From the NCBI GenBank assembly GCA_951406725.2, contig OX597815.1:166780001-166844000 (forward strand): a stretch of DNA of 64,000 nucleotides. Direction: 5' to 3'. The position numbers were made by a program, and so were the translations under genes. Positions 26,346 through 41,220 of this stretch are shown piece after piece. The DNA comes from Octopus vulgaris (lineage: Eukaryota). The notes under the pieces were generated by a model. The model was not told where the DNA came from, did no database searches, and saw only the letters and a list, made by a program, of their open reading frames with translations. Position 1 is the stretch's first letter. Each line of letters starts with the position of its first letter.

Positions 26346-26745
26346 AGATTGATATTGCTTTCCCCACTTTCGGGTCTATTAAATAAGTACCAGTTGAGTA
26401 CTGACGTCGATGTAACCGGCTAACCCGAACCCCTAAAATTGCTGGCTTTGTGCCAAACATTGATCGATGTTTCCCGACTAAACATGCGGTGTCTCAGCAT
26501 GGCGGAGACTAAAACAAGAAAAAAAAATAGAAGACAAAGGGAATTTAGTCACAAAGCTAGCAATTTTGAGAAGACGAAGTTAGTTGATGATAACGACACA
26601 TGTACTTGATTGATGATTTATTTCATCGATTCATCGATTCTGGAAAGTTGAAAGCGGAAAGGTAAGTAGACCTCGGCGGAACTGTACCTCAGAGCGTAAA
26701 GAACTCGAACATATATTGCAAAGCATTAGGTCCGACGCTGTAATG

Positions 26746-26996
26746 CAGTGGTTCTCAAAGGAGTTCCATATGACGCTTCGGAGGTACTGGCCACATAAGT
26801 TTCTGTAGTTAAAAATGTATGTGCAATAAATTGGTTATACTTCTAAAATAGACAAAATATTTCAACCATATCTTTTATATAATTCCTAATAATATTTAAT
26901 TATAAAACCAAATAGGATTTTAAAAAAATATTAAATGGCTGTGAGTAAAACAGGGGCCAAAGGGACAATCCCGGATCAAAGAAATAAAAACACTAG
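26746..26996 (+). mobile_element. hAT-like MITE (related decayed copy at ~52775-53090)
   Basis: CAGTGGTTCTCAA terminus. The internal AAA(A)C(C)AAATAGGA(A)TTTT segment is shared with ~52960. Confidence 0.45.
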
Positions 26997-27236
26997 AAAA
27001 CAAAGAAGTGTCCCACGAATTTATATATTCTCCAACAAGCAATCTCCTCAAAAGCAATAACAATATATTGGTAATATAGCCTAGAATGTCGGATTCATGC
27101 ACATAGTTTTAAAGCAAAATTATATAAAATGCATTAAAGAAGTGTGTAAGCGGTTCATAGGCGGTACGATTTAAGAGACACTTGCAAGCATTGAGATATA
27201 TATTTAGGTCAATCTTTATAACCTCTTAATACTTAC

Positions 27237-27270
<34 letters not shown>

Positions 27271-28018
27271 ATATATATATATATGTATGTATATGTATGT
27301 ATATATGTATATATGTATGTATCAATGTGTATAAGCATATGCAAACACATATACATATATACATACACACATGTGAATGTCTGCGTGTGCTTGTACACAA
27401 TGGTCGATGTCAAAGTCACAAAACGTACACCTACGCAAATAAATATATGTATACACACATACGCATATATATATATATATATACACACGTTATAAGTATG
27501 CGTGACTAAATAGTTACGTAAATTTATATCCAACACTCGTGTGTATGTGTGTATGTGTGTGTGTGCGAGTATGTGTGTTGTGTATATGTGCGTGTGTGTC
27601 TGCATGCTTTTATTCATAGATGGACCTCGACTGAAAGGTCGTTTTTCTTATGCTAACGCCGTATTTCATTTAGCTTTTCCATTGAATTGCATTAATAACT
27701 TTACCGTTGACGTGTTCTCACGTTTTCTCGCTGAAGTGACATAGTTCTACGAGAAAGAAAAAATAATGAGACTACGCAACTATCAGAGAAGAGAACGGAA
27801 TAGATGGGGGTGGAGTTTAAAAGAATATTTTAAGTGGTATGAAGGTGGGTGTTGTCAGCACAAATATGAAGCAAATAAATGTGATAATAACAAGAAAAAG
27901 AATGCCAGGAAGAAAAACAACCAGGCCCAACAAAACATTAAAATGTTTGACTCTCTTGCATTTTTTGTAACTGTATACATTTTTTATGTATATATTTAAT
28001 TATGTATATACGTATGTC

Positions 28019-28103
<85 letters not shown>

Positions 28104-28310
28104 TGTATGTATGTATGTATGTATGTATGTATGTATGTATGTACGTATGTATGTATGTATGTATGTATGTATGTATATTCCTTTATTCTTTTACTTGTTT
28201 CAGTCATTTGACTGCGGCCATAATAAGTCGAACTTGTTCTATCGGTCTCTTTTGGTAAAGACACCAACATCGGTTGTCAAGCTATGGTTGGAGGACAAAC
28301 ACAGACACAT

Positions 28311-28354
<44 letters not shown>

Positions 28355-28716
28355 TCACACACACACACATATATATACATACATATAAATGTATGTATAT
28401 ATATATATACGATGGGCTTCTTTCAGTTTCCGTCTACCAAATCCACTCACAAGGCAAGGTGCCACACAGCGGGATAGAATCCAGAACCATGTGGCTGGGA
28501 AGCAAGCTACTTACCACACCCACTCATATATATATGTATATATATATATAATACATTTATAGGCCATATACATACATATACGTATATATATGACACACAC
28601 ACACACATATATACATACATATATATACACACAAACATACCTGCATACACACATGCAAGCTATAGTAATGTTCAGTCTGTGTGTGTAAACGTGTGTGTAT
28701 GTGTGTAGGTGTGTGT

Positions 28717-28753
<37 letters not shown>

Positions 28754-29116
28754 AGTGTGTACATTTAGATTATAGCTAAGCAGAACATTACTTCCATCAA
28801 TGGGTGTGTGATTGTATGTGTGCATGTACATATATATATTTATTTATGTATTTATTCATATGTATATGTTTATGTATGTATGTATACACACACACATACG
28901 CATATATATGCACACACACACTCAGCAATCGGTTGTTTAAGTATATTTTGAACTAAAAGATAAGACGATTTGCCGGGCAAATAACTTCCGATAGCGCTGA
29001 AACCCTAGATCCCCGCATTTATGTATGCCTATGTATTTAAGCAGGCATACAGCCTGCGTATGAATGCATATATGTGTGTTGTGATATACATACATATATA
29101 TATATATATATGTGTA

Positions 29117-29151
<35 letters not shown>

Positions 29152-29720
29152 TTGTATGTATGTGTCGATGTTAGTGCGTGTATGTGTGTATGTGTATGAA
29201 TTTATATATGCACGTATACATGTATGATTACACTCACTATAGAACTATGATAATGTATATGTGTATGTGTATGCACTTGTTCGTATGTATGCGTGTGTAT
29301 GTACGTGTGTATATGCGTGAGTATATCTACTATTAATAGTATTTTGTTTACATCTGCTGGAAACACATACATGAATATAGCATTTCCCGTGGTATTTCAT
29401 GTTAACCCGCTCCGTACTTGTGTGTGTATGTGTGTGTGTGTGTGTGCTTGTCTGTGTATGCGTGTATATATGCATATGTAGGTATTTGATGATATTAGTG
29501 AGTTTGTCTATGTGTGGTAAGAAGTTTGCTTCCCAACCACATGGTTCCAGGTTCAATCCTACTGCATGACACCTTGGGCAAGTGTCTTCTAAAATAGCCT
29601 CGGGCCGACCAGAGCCTTGTGAGTGGATTTGGCTGACGGAAATTGAAAGAAGCCCGTCGTATATACGTGTATATAAATACACACACACACACATATATAT
29701 ATGTATATATATATATGTAC

Positions 29721-29776
<56 letters not shown>

Positions 29777-30030
29777 TATGTATTTTTGTGTCTGTGTTTG
29801 TCCCCCAACTATCGCTTGACAATCGATGTTACTTCCCTGGTCCATTAGCAGATCGGAAAAAGAGACCGATAAAATAAGTGACAGGCCCCGGGCCGTTTTG
29901 TTCGACTAAAGGCGGTGTTCCAGCATGACCGCTGTCAAATGACAGAAACAAATAAAGGAGCAAAAGAATAGATAATAGATGCATGCGTCTGTAAGATTCA
30001 TGTTTGTATGTATGTATGTATGTAAGTATG

Positions 30031-30064
<34 letters not shown>

Positions 30065-30321
30065 TGTATGTATGTATGTATGGTCATTAATAAATGAAAA
30101 TGAAGTTTCATTATTTTGTTATCTACTAATAAATATTTTGCTCTGTACGTATGTTGTCCTTTGTAAGAGAATCCAGATGAAAGGATACCTGTTAATTCAC
30201 GCTGACAAGTAGCCGGTCTTTATGAATATCAGATATTATATGTATATTAATTTTAAACTAAAAATGTTGTTTGCCCTGCTATTGGAAAGTAGAAATATCC
30301 ACACGCACACACACACACACG

Positions 30322-30437
<116 letters not shown>

Positions 30438-31162
30438 CACACATGTATTTGTATACATTATTTGCGGGTTAGCAAGTCAACCAATGGTTCCATGTGAAGA
30501 AATTTTTATAACTGTTTTGTCCAAGCGTGCTGTATGGAAGTGTTGTCACTCGTCTCCATTTTGGATAAGAATATTAGAGTTTACAGGTGTCTGCACAGAA
30601 TTTCGAAATAAATACACAGGTCACGGGAGGTAACTTATAAGAATATCTTAATCGTTCACTTCTGTTCCGTCTCGTTTCTCTCGCGCATTTTTCATCCAAA
30701 TATCGGAAATTATATTTTCCAATATTATATTCATTTTTTAATAGCATTTGAATGTGATTTGCCTATTATTTCTAATTGATATTCTGACATCGCAGCGCGA
30801 GCATGGACAACCTCTCTCGAGGAGAGGCTGCACGAGACATGACTCATCAACAGGTGGTACATATGACTAAAAACATTCAAGTTGAACTGTCGTCTAGTGT
30901 GCCTTTCAAAAAGTCCTGCCGACCGGAGTTCGGCCTCCAATAGGTTTTCAGCAGATGTCACTGCAGGAAAAAAAACAACAACTTTATAGTGTACTAGAAT
31001 GTCATCACAAATATATCAGCTGCATGCCATTGTGGAGGGCCCTTCAACTTTGTAGAGATTCCACTATTGCGGAAAGATGAGTCAGTTTTGCTCTAAAGAG
31101 GAAAGTTAAATTTATCAGTAGCACTTGTCAGATTGCGACTTATAGTGAAACCCAGGTTTTTG

Positions 31163-31280
<118 letters not shown>

Positions 31281-31361
31281 TATATTATTTATGTCTGTGT
31301 GTGTATATATATATATATGTACATATATCTCTTATACAGATTATCTAACTTACTAATTTGC

Positions 31362-31398
<37 letters not shown>

Positions 31399-31399
<1 letters not shown>

Positions 31400-32053
31400 T
31401 GTCACTGGAAAGCTGCTGCAATGGATCAAGTGCTTCCTCTCTAACAGAACCCAACATGTTGTAGTCGAAGGAGTCAAATCCAGCCCAGCCAAAGTCAGCA
31501 GTGGTGTCCCACAAGGCACTGTGTTGGGCCCACTTCTCTTCATCATCTACATAAATGATATTACTGACACCATCAAACACAGCAACATCAGAACCTTCGC
31601 TGATGATTCCAAGCTCCAGAAGGTCATCAATGGCGTGGATGACCGAATAAACCTTCAGTCAGACCTACTAGCTGTTGTCCAATGGGCGGAAAAGAATAAC
31701 ATGTTGCTAAATGAAGACAAATTCGAACTGATCCACTTTGGAAGGGAGGACGCTCTGAAACTCCCATACTCTCTTCCTTCTGGAGAAATTCTCATGGCAT
31801 CCAACAACATCAGAGACCTGGGAGTAACAGTGGACAACAACATAAGCTGGGCTACACATATAAGCAAAGTTGACATGGCCCGCAGAATGTGTTCAGCAAA
31901 GTTGACATGGCCCGCAGAATGTGTTCCTGGATTCTCAGAACCTTCCAGTCGAGAGATTCCCACGCTATTATCCTTCTCTTCTCCACTTTTGCCCGACCCC
32001 ACCTTGAATACTGCTGTCCACTGTGGTCTCCCTACACAAAACAAAATATTAGC
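31399..32053 (+). mobile_element. 5'-truncated CR1/L2-type LINE ORF2 (RT) fragment, young, frameshifted by a 32-bp duplication
   Basis: GKLLQWIKCFLSNRTQHVVVEG..SGVPQGTVLGPLLFIIYINDI..FADDSKL..RDLGV..RPHLEYCCPLWSP. No stop codons; it runs into the assembly gap. Confidence 0.92.
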
Positions 32054-32153
32054 NNNNNNNNNNNNNNNNNNNNNNNNNNNNNNNNNNNNNNNNNNNNNNN
32101 NNNNNNNNNNNNNNNNNNNNNNNNNNNNNNNNNNNNNNNNNNNNNNNNNNNNN
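32054..32153. other. Assembly gap (100 N)
   Basis: Run of N. Confidence 1.
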
Positions 32154-32206
32154 ACTCGGACTCGCACATATCCAGATCTATTACACACACACACACACAC
32201 ACACAC

Positions 32207-32249
<43 letters not shown>

Positions 32250-32514
32250 TGAATGAAGAAAGGAAGAAAAGGGAGACATACAGATGTCACTTTATTCAGT
32301 GATATTCAAATCCCAGGAATGTCATTATATGGTATTTGAATTATCTTTGAAAAAGAAATTATTATAATTTCTCTATTTTCTTCCTTTTCTCATTCCTAAG
32401 TATTTTAAATACCTATATATATATATCAAGGCAAAACTGATATATTTGGTTTTTACTGAACACTAATATAAACTGGAGAATTAGGATGCTAGCATCTCTC
32501 TAAAGGATTATAGG

Positions 32515-32859
32515 TTCTTGGTTCCGGGTTCAGTCCCACTGCGTGGCATCTTAGGCAAGTGTCTTCTGCTATAGCCCCGGGCCGACCAATGCCTTGTGAG
32601 TGGATTTGGTAGACGGAAACTGAAAGAAGCCTGTCCTATATATATATACATAAGTGTGTGTGTGTATGTGTTTGTGTGTCTGTGTTTGTCCCCCTAGCAT
32701 AGCTTGACAACCGATGCTGGTGTGTTTACGTCCCCGTCACTTAGCGGTTCGGCAAAAGAACCGATAGAATAAGTACTGGGCTTACAAAGAATAAGTCCCG
32801 GGTCGATTTGCTCGACTAAAGGCGGTGCTCCAGCATGACCACAGTTAAATGACTGAAAC

Positions 32860-32862
<3 letters not shown>
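32515..32862 (+). mobile_element. SINE family C with internal microsatellite (others ~1840-2200-, 10615-11195-, 24880-25040-, 28180-28525-, 29510-29970+, 33005-33175+, 39855-40030+, 44750-44870-, 57880-58190+, 62125-62475-)
   Basis: GGTTCAGTCCCACTGCGTGGCA..GGCAAGTGTCTTCT..GTGAGTGGATTTGGTAGACGGAAACTGAAAGAAGCC..(TA/TG)n..TTAGCGGTTCGGCAAAAG..GCTCCAGCATG.CC.CAGT.AAATGACTGAAACA. Confidence 0.87.
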
Positions 32863-32908
<46 letters not shown>

Positions 32909-33584
32909 CACATATGCACTACTACATTGAAACGAGTACATATGAATATTTATTACACACGCAAACACACATCCACACATATTCAGAAACACACACACAC
33001 AAACACAGGCGAACGTATTGCAGTGTGGTTAAGATGCTCGCTCTCCAGCCACGTGGTTTCAAATTCAGTCTCAGTACGCGACACCTTAAGCAAGTGACTT
33101 CTACAGTCGTCAAAGGCCGACCAATGCTTCGTGAAAAGACCTGGTAGGTGGAACTGTGTGGAAGCCGTCGTAAATATATATATATATAACATTTTGAATC
33201 GTTTCTTTAATCAAACATTGACATTTTTTCTTAAATGTGTGCGTATCTGTGTATCAGCACATGAAAGTTCATAAATTATATATAGACAATATCCATACAC
33301 ACAAAGGTGTGCTGGAATACACGCCACCTTGCCAGTTTTTTTAGGCTTGGTAATCAATTCCTATTGCAACTCCTATATTTTACGCAGTGTAAAACAATAG
33401 GCTAGAATGCAGAGTTGGAGCACCTTAAACAGTAATAAGGCACTCAGAAAATGTAACCAGTATTTTTTAGAACTATAATAATCGAACATTTCCGTGTGTG
33501 TGTGTATACACCCACACACCTATATGATATACATGCTTATTATATAACTTAAAAATACCAATTACGTTTTCTACCTTTCTTATT

Positions 33585-33617
<33 letters not shown>

Positions 33618-34921
33618 GAGGGTAAGATCGGTAATATAAATTAAGGACCATTTAATAAATCATTAATGAACCAACAGTTGGTGGATGACAGAATAAGACA
33701 GCGGTGAACAAAATAACGGAATTAATCATATTAATTTATATTCTGACCAAAATTTCAATGGAATCAAACTTGCTACATCCCACCAGTTTTTTTTTAATTC
33801 TCTAACGTGGCCTGATGAAAGTCGCCTAGACGAATGAGATGAATGCAATTAACGTTTGCTTTGAACCTTTGTAAAGGGAGAGAGCTCCCGAGTACCGGCG
33901 TTCTGAGGACAGACAGGATGTATTGATTAGTATGAACCTAGGATATGGTACACACAAGGCTCATGAAAGTGGAAAAGGCAGATCGGACAACTGAGTGAAG
34001 AGGGCATATACCTGAGCCAGCTTCACAAAGCAGATGTTTTTTTATTGTAGCTGTAGAGAAAGGCGGTAGCACACTTGACGCCCAGAGGCTTCTGTGGGTT
34101 ACTTAAGTCAACCAGTGGGGGACCCCTTTCTCAATGCAGTCTGTGACGCTGTTGTTTGCAATAGCATCACAGTCCCAGCTGCGAGAGCAATATTACATTG
34201 TGGGCTTTAATTTACCTGAGCTTTGTAAACTATCAGTTATTGTTTGGGGCTGAAGTTTCTTCTGGATTCGAAGAGAAAGCTTCTGTTGAGGATGGGCTTT
34301 TGCCAGAAGTGATCTCCGTGCGGGTTGTTAAAATATGGACTAGTCAGATAAAATCACCTGATTTAATCGACTTTGACCTTTTCTTCAAACTATCTAGTTG
34401 CATTGCGTCAATGATAATAAAGAGAAAACATCATACAAACAAATATCTTACATTGTAAATGAAATAATATCATTACTTGAATACATCAGAATTATTGATA
34501 TTCATGTTTTTCTCAAGCAAGAAATCAAAAGTTACAAAGTATGCAAACCTTTTCCGACTCAGTAGGAAAAAATAAAAGCATAAAGGCGAGTGGAATATAT
34601 ATATGTTTATTATTTATGTAAAATATTTTCTGCTTGACTAATCAGAAACTTGACGTTTTTTAAAGCTAAACATAAATATATTCATGTTAACATAACAATA
34701 AAATATATTTTGTCCTAAATATGTAGACCTAACACATTACACTGTTTAACATCACTGTTTTGGAGACGAGTACCTTTAACAAAATTCCTTCTCCTGCAAG
34801 CATTGAAACTAGGTCTCTTCTTCCCATTTCCATTTACATTTTTGCATGTCACACCAATTTCATTAGTAACGAAGGAAAGGTGAAAAGTTTGGACGCTATT
34901 CACCATCTGAAAGACTTGTGT

Positions 34922-35712
34922 ATACAGGGTGCGATGGGTAAACTGTCACCATTTTATATTTTTAATTTTGCGCATTGTTTGTTTTTGATTTTGTCGACTA
35001 CACAGTATAGTAGGATCAGATGGGCACCGTCTGTGAGAAAAAGCAGCACCATGATGGAATTCACTCAGCCAGAAATTTGGAAACGACATATTGTACTGCT
35101 TGGCATACGCACTGGGAGCTCCAATACGAACATTTCAGAGTGTTAGGGTGTCAGTCTGAGGACAGTGCTAAAGATTCGGAAGAGCTAGATAAGTCTAATG
35201 GTGATTACAAAGGTACGGCAGCTCGAAAAACTCACCCTGATCATTCTGATAAGAAAAGAACTCTTGGATTTGTTGGTGAGATCCAAACCATGATTGACAA
35301 CGATCTCTCCAAGACAATCAGGTCCATCGCCATTAACATGAGAATGTCTGAGCTTCTTATCAGGGAGGTAGTGCATGAAGACATTCAGTATTCTTCATAC
35401 AAGATGAGAAAGGGCTAATTTTTATCCCAAGCCATCAAGGACAAAAGAAAAGACCGCCATACAAAGATTTTTTGAACGAACTCAAGTATCCCATCCAACC
35501 GAACATGCTTTGGTTTTATTCAGACGAGAAAAATTTCTGCCAGGATCAGATAGGGAACATACAGAACAACCGTTGGCTTGCCGTTTCCCGAAAACACGTA
35601 CCAAGAGTGATAAAAATCAAACATCCAGTCAACATCATGGTGTTTGGAGTGATCACTAGTGATATCGATGTTATGCCTCCATTCATCTTTCCACACGGTC
35701 TCACACTTGAAA
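34922..35712 (+). mobile_element. Tc1/mariner maT-type transposon, 5' part, decayed
   Basis: TA-CAGGGTGCGATGGGTAAACTGTC terminus. Transposase pieces KTIRSIAINMRMSE..REVVHEDI and WFYSDEKNFCQDQ..NNRWLA..KHPVNIMVFGVITSD. Confidence 0.88.
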
Positions 35713-36022
35713 CGTTTGTGCATTGTGACATGTGCTCGCTTCACTCTTTCAATCTTTATATGTTGCCAATTAAATTTCTTCACAAGAATATAATCAGTCC
35801 ATAAAGCTAGTGAATGTAGAGAAGCAAAAATATTTTAGCCACTCACTCGGCGGTTTCCCACCAAAAGGGTGCCGCTAACTGCAGGATATACATATCCTAA
35901 TTTCAAATGTTATCACACAAACAGAACCTGAATAAAACAATCGGAAGTGAGGCTTTATGATTTCCCTTTATGAGATTGAACTCGATTAACTCAACTCCGG
36001 AATATCGTCATCATACATACTA

Positions 36023-36098
<76 letters not shown>

Positions 36099-36600
36099 TT
36101 ACACTTACTCTAATCGTTTAATCGCTCGTTGAATTTTTATTTTCGCACTTGGAAAACGTTTTTTTTTTTTTAAAAATCACAATATAAGCTACATCGACTA
36201 CGAAAACAACAATAATAAAAACGGAAATGACTGTAATGATAATAGATGTCCCAATAACAAAAACTGAATTTTCTATACAACAACAACAACAACAAGCACA
36301 ACGACGACAGCAACAACTTCAACAGCAGTTTGTACATTTAATACAACAAATAACATTTAGCTAACAAAAAAAAAAACCTGTCAACTTCAGTGTCAAGTGC
36401 TTACCTTAACAACAACATCGACAACAATAATAAAATTGGCAACAACAAGCATAACAACATTAGCAACTACAACATTGACAGCAATATTGAAAACAGATTG
36501 GTGACGACGACAACGACGACGACGACAAGAGCAAGAGTAGTATGTAGTAACATATATATATATATGTACATAGTAACATATATATATATATATACATACT

Positions 36601-36686
<86 letters not shown>

Positions 36687-37042
36687 ACTATAATATGTAA
36701 TTTTCTAGATGGTATAATTTAATTTTTCATTATTGAATTGATAAAAGGTGGGGGGGGGGTCTAATTTATATATATATATCTTATATTTTGTGAAGTTTGA
36801 TTTAGTATTTCTAAATTGAATTTTTCCCTGTAAGTTTGGAATAATATTCCCTCATATTATTATATGTATGTATATATATATATATATATATATATAGGTA
36901 AACAGTAAAAATAATTACAGACATGGACAAGAACATGAAACACACAGAGACGACACAAGAACCACAGGACGGGACATTCGAAGCCCTCAGTCATCAGTCA
37001 AGAACCAGATCATCTTAGCAATTTCGGCTGATTAATCTTGAC

Positions 37043-37178
<136 letters not shown>

Positions 37179-37838
37179 GAACATACAGGCTTTGGAGGGA
37201 GGTAGAATAAATACGTAGGTAATTAAAATGACGGGAATAAAATTACAGAACTATTTCAGTTCGGCTGGAATTTGAAATCTCAGTATAATTATAATGAAGC
37301 TAGGTACTGTCTAGAAGGCAGTGTTTTTTCTTCTTCTGCATATGCTACTGCAGGAGTTCTAGGAAATTTAGTTGTTGAGTTTCGATGAGATGAGAAGATC
37401 CACGGTGTGTTAGGGAGTGGAGGGAGTGTTGAGGTATTCGTATTTCGAGTTTTTTTTTGATTTACATACAACAGAAAAATCACTATAAAAGGAAAAAAAA
37501 TAATAAACGATAATTATGATGACGGTAAAAAGGGAGGGGAAAGGGAATGAAAATGGAAAGAAGAATCTAGGATGGGAGTAGTGGAGATGATTATGGTGAT
37601 GATAATGATGATGAGGATGATGATGATGATGATGACGGTTGTGGTAGTGGTGGTGGTAGTGGAGATTTTTATCATAACGATGACCGTGTTAATCATGAAC
37701 ATCCTGATTATAGTTGCCATAAGCAAGTGACTAACATGGCGATGATGATGATGATGATGTTACTGCTACTTGGTCCAAATCGACCCTGATCAAGCAAACC
37801 TGTCATCAAATGGTTTCCTGCCGAGACCATCCCGTCTT

Positions 37839-37869
<31 letters not shown>

Positions 37870-39502
37870 TTCTATTCATTTATTTATGCTACTTATTTAT
37901 TTGTTAGACATTATAACTACAGCTATATTATTTAAAGTAATCTTTTTGTTTCTAAAGACGGTAAGACCTAATTTGAGGGAGCTTTGCCTGTTATTTCTAG
38001 CATCCCCAGTGACCGTTTTGACAATGACAACGACGACAACGATGACGACGACGACGACGATGATGATGATGATGAGATTGATGATGATGAGGCGGAGAAG
38101 GAGGAGCGATAAACAGGATATGAAAAAGATGTTGACAGTACGGTTAGAAGACATTTAAAATTTACGTCAATGACAAATTTCATACTACGAAGATAAGAGT
38201 GAAGAAAAAAACATATATTAAAGTTCTTTGAAAAATTAGGTGGTAGTAAAAAATCTTAACGGATTCTAGCTGACAGAACCCCCGAGAAAAAAAAAAAAAA
38301 CTCGTTGAATCCAGTTAATATTTAATGCTCTGACCGGAAATATGTTTACACAGATTAAGAATATGTTATACTAAGCAACCAGTGACTAAAACTGCTTTCA
38401 TATAGTCATGTGATATAGTTTCCAAAATAACATCGTCGACCACCCTACCTAAAACCGCTATATACTACAGGCAATAATAATGATTTCAAATTTTGGCACA
38501 AACCTGAAATTTTGGGTGAAATGGTAAGTCAACTACATTGACCTCAGTGCACAATTGGTACTTATTTTATAGACCCCGAAAGAATGAAAGACAAAGTCGA
38601 CCCGGGCGAAATTTGAACACGGAACGTAAAGACGAACGAAATGCCGCTCGTTCGAGCCAACGATAAAAAAATCATGTTAATGACATATAGCAAATCCTAA
38701 TCCAATCTTTGAGGGAACCACTAAGTGACGAAGCAACCTATGTAAGGTAGCAACTAAATTTCTCTCAGAGTTCAGGTAGAATTGCTTTTGAAATGTAGGA
38801 CTATTCAATAAAGCCAACCTCAGGTAAAACAACAAGAGCTTCAACAAATCTGAATCTACTGGTAATTTCACAGCAGTTCGGTAATTCCTTCTAGTTCTTT
38901 AAATTCTCATCAGAAATCGTCAATAGTCAATAGTACAACTGGAAAATGTATGACAGCCACCGATTCCCTTTCTTAACTCCTTAAAACGTAAAGTACGATG
39001 ACTTTGTAAATAAATAGCTAAATTATGAAACAACGAGGTGTTTCAAGCCGTTTCTTTAATTTATGCATGAAACAATAAAAGCGATGGGTCGACTTCGTCT
39101 TTCAACCATTCAGGGTCGATAAAAATAAATACCAGTTCAACACTGGGATAAATGTAATCGACTTATCTCCTCCATTAAATTTGCTGGCCTTGTGTCAACA
39201 TTTGAAATCAATATCTAAAATAACTTTGGGTACCGTTAAGTACATGGTGACTGAAGAGGACAGGATGGTCATGGTCGGATCGCTTTTGATTGCAGGTTTG
39301 CTCAATCACCGTTGACCTGGCGCTAAACAATATCAACAACAGCAGTAGCAACACAAATAAATTTAATGTCATACAAGCTCGTAGATTTGGCTCAATTGAT
39401 AGCAAGTTGCATGACATATTTAGCTGCATCCTGTTTGGTGAATTTATATGCAAGTAGCATTAATAATAAAATTAGTAATAATTCAAATCTGTCAATGACT
39501 TG

Positions 39503-39750
39503 TGTGGAGGTGCGAGGGTTAGTGGTTAGGATGCTGGATCGTAAGACTATGGTTTCGATTTCTGGACCGGGTGACGCGTTGCTTTCTTGAGCAAAACACT
39601 TCATTTCATGTTGCTCCGGTCCACTCAGCTGGCAAAAATGAGTAATCCTGCTACGATCCGGCGTCTCGTCCAGGTAGGAAATATATACACCATGGAAAGC
39701 AAGAAACCTGCCCTTTGAGCCTACATGACTCGGGGATGAACTTCTATTTT
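39503..39750 (+). mobile_element. SINE family B (others ~6170-6400+, 40058-40305-, 41735-41990+, 50375-50712-, 50744-50995+, 56110-56320+)
   Basis: tRNA-like head GGAGGCGCGTGGCTTAGTGGTTAG...GGTTTCGATTCCTGGACC, then TTGAGCAAAACACTTCATTTCACGTTGCTCCAGTCCACTCAGCTG. Confidence 0.85.
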
Positions 39751-40057
39751 TTACTTACAATGACTCCTAAAATGCAACGTAATGTACAACATTGGTTCTC
39801 AACACTCACTTTCATAGAGTGACTTTTTATAATAAAAGGGTAAATATATCAAGGCAGACGTGGCTGTGTAGTAAGAAGCATGCTTCCCAAACTTGTGGCT
39901 ATAGTGGAAGACATAGCCCATGTGTCACTGCGTGACACCTTGGCAAGGTGTCTTTCACTATTAGCCTGGGCCGACTAAACTCTTGTGAGAGAATTTGGTA
40001 GGCGGAAACTGAAAGAAGACCGTCGTGCATATATAATATAATAAAATAAAATAAAAG

Positions 40058-40305
40058 TGCCCTTTTAAAGCTTAGCCAGGCTCATGGGCTCGGTTTCCCG
40101 GTTTCTGTGGAGTATGTGTTCCCCAACTGGACGGGACGCCAGTCCATCGCAGCGTTACTAATTTTTGCCAGCTGAGTGGACTGGAGCAACGTGAAATGAA
40201 GTGTTTTGCTCACGAACACTACGCGTCGCCCGATCCAGGAATCGAAACCACAATCTTACGATCATGATGCTGCCACCCTAACCACTAAGCCACGCGCCTC
40301 CACAT
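40058..40305 (-). mobile_element. SINE family B, near full-length, inverted relative to the 39503 copy
   Basis: Reverse complement of the family B consensus. Confidence 0.88.
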
Positions 40306-40319
40306 ATAATATAATATAA

Positions 40320-40393
40320 TGATGCAATTCACTCGGCCCGAAATTTGGAAACGATATGCTGTACTACTTGGCATTCACGCTAGCAGCTCCAAT

Positions 40394-40397
<4 letters not shown>
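40320..40397 (+). mobile_element. Small fragment of the same maT transposase 5' end
   Basis: Matches 35052-35128 (ATG.AATTCACTC.GCC.GAAATTTGGAAACGA...GCTCCAATACG). Confidence 0.8.
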
Positions 40398-40438
<41 letters not shown>

Positions 40439-41220
40439 TGCGTTCCCACCGTCGCTAGACAACTTGGGTTGGCCCATTAACGTTCTCATCAACCAGCGGC
40501 TCGACAAAAAGACACCGATAAAATAAGACTGGTGATCTCACACGTCCCGCAAGAGTGCACAACCACCTAAGATCCATTGCTCTACAACACAATTCAAAAC
40601 TCATTCAAAACAGCTAAGAATACATTTCAAATAGCTACTATCAATCCATCAATACTACCACAAGTTGTTTGTGAAGCACTTTAAGTGTGTTTTTCTGGTA
40701 AAAACATAGTCATGTATAAACAATGACAACAGATAACATTAAATCCAATAATTGCAACACGCACACATACACACAAACACACACTCACATATGGTTACAT
40801 ACACACATATACATGAAAAATAAAGCAAATTTAAGTGTCATTTACTCCTCTTTCGCCGACTAAATGCGTTTGATAATAGCTTTTTTTAGCATCAGGAAAT
40901 GAGTGACTTTGTGGTTTCATGGAATTTGCAACTTCTGTCGAAGCACCATGTTTTGAAGCCTGATGGGAAATGATTCATATTTCTATAAAATTATTATTAT
41001 TAATAATAATAATGATTTTAAATTTTGGCACAAGGCTAGCAAGATCGGGTAGGAGGTAAGTCAATTACATCCACAATAGTGTTCAACTGGTACCTATTTT
41101 GTCGACCCTGGAGAACTAAAGGTAAAGTCCACCTCGGCGGAATTTGAACTCAGTTTGTAATAACGGATGAAATACTACTAAACATTATGTCCGACGGGCT
41201 AACGGTTCCCCCCAGCTCAC

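Noticed and set aside
33745-33840. CUGGUGG..GAAA (minus) and CUGAUGA..GACGAA (plus) HHR-like strings
   Set aside because: Core nucleotides missing and no convincing stem I.
36965-37042. CUGAUGA...UUCGAAUG and a half motif UCAGCCGAAAUU on the minus strand
   Set aside because: Incomplete or truncated; likely a PLE terminal remnant but not a full ribozyme.
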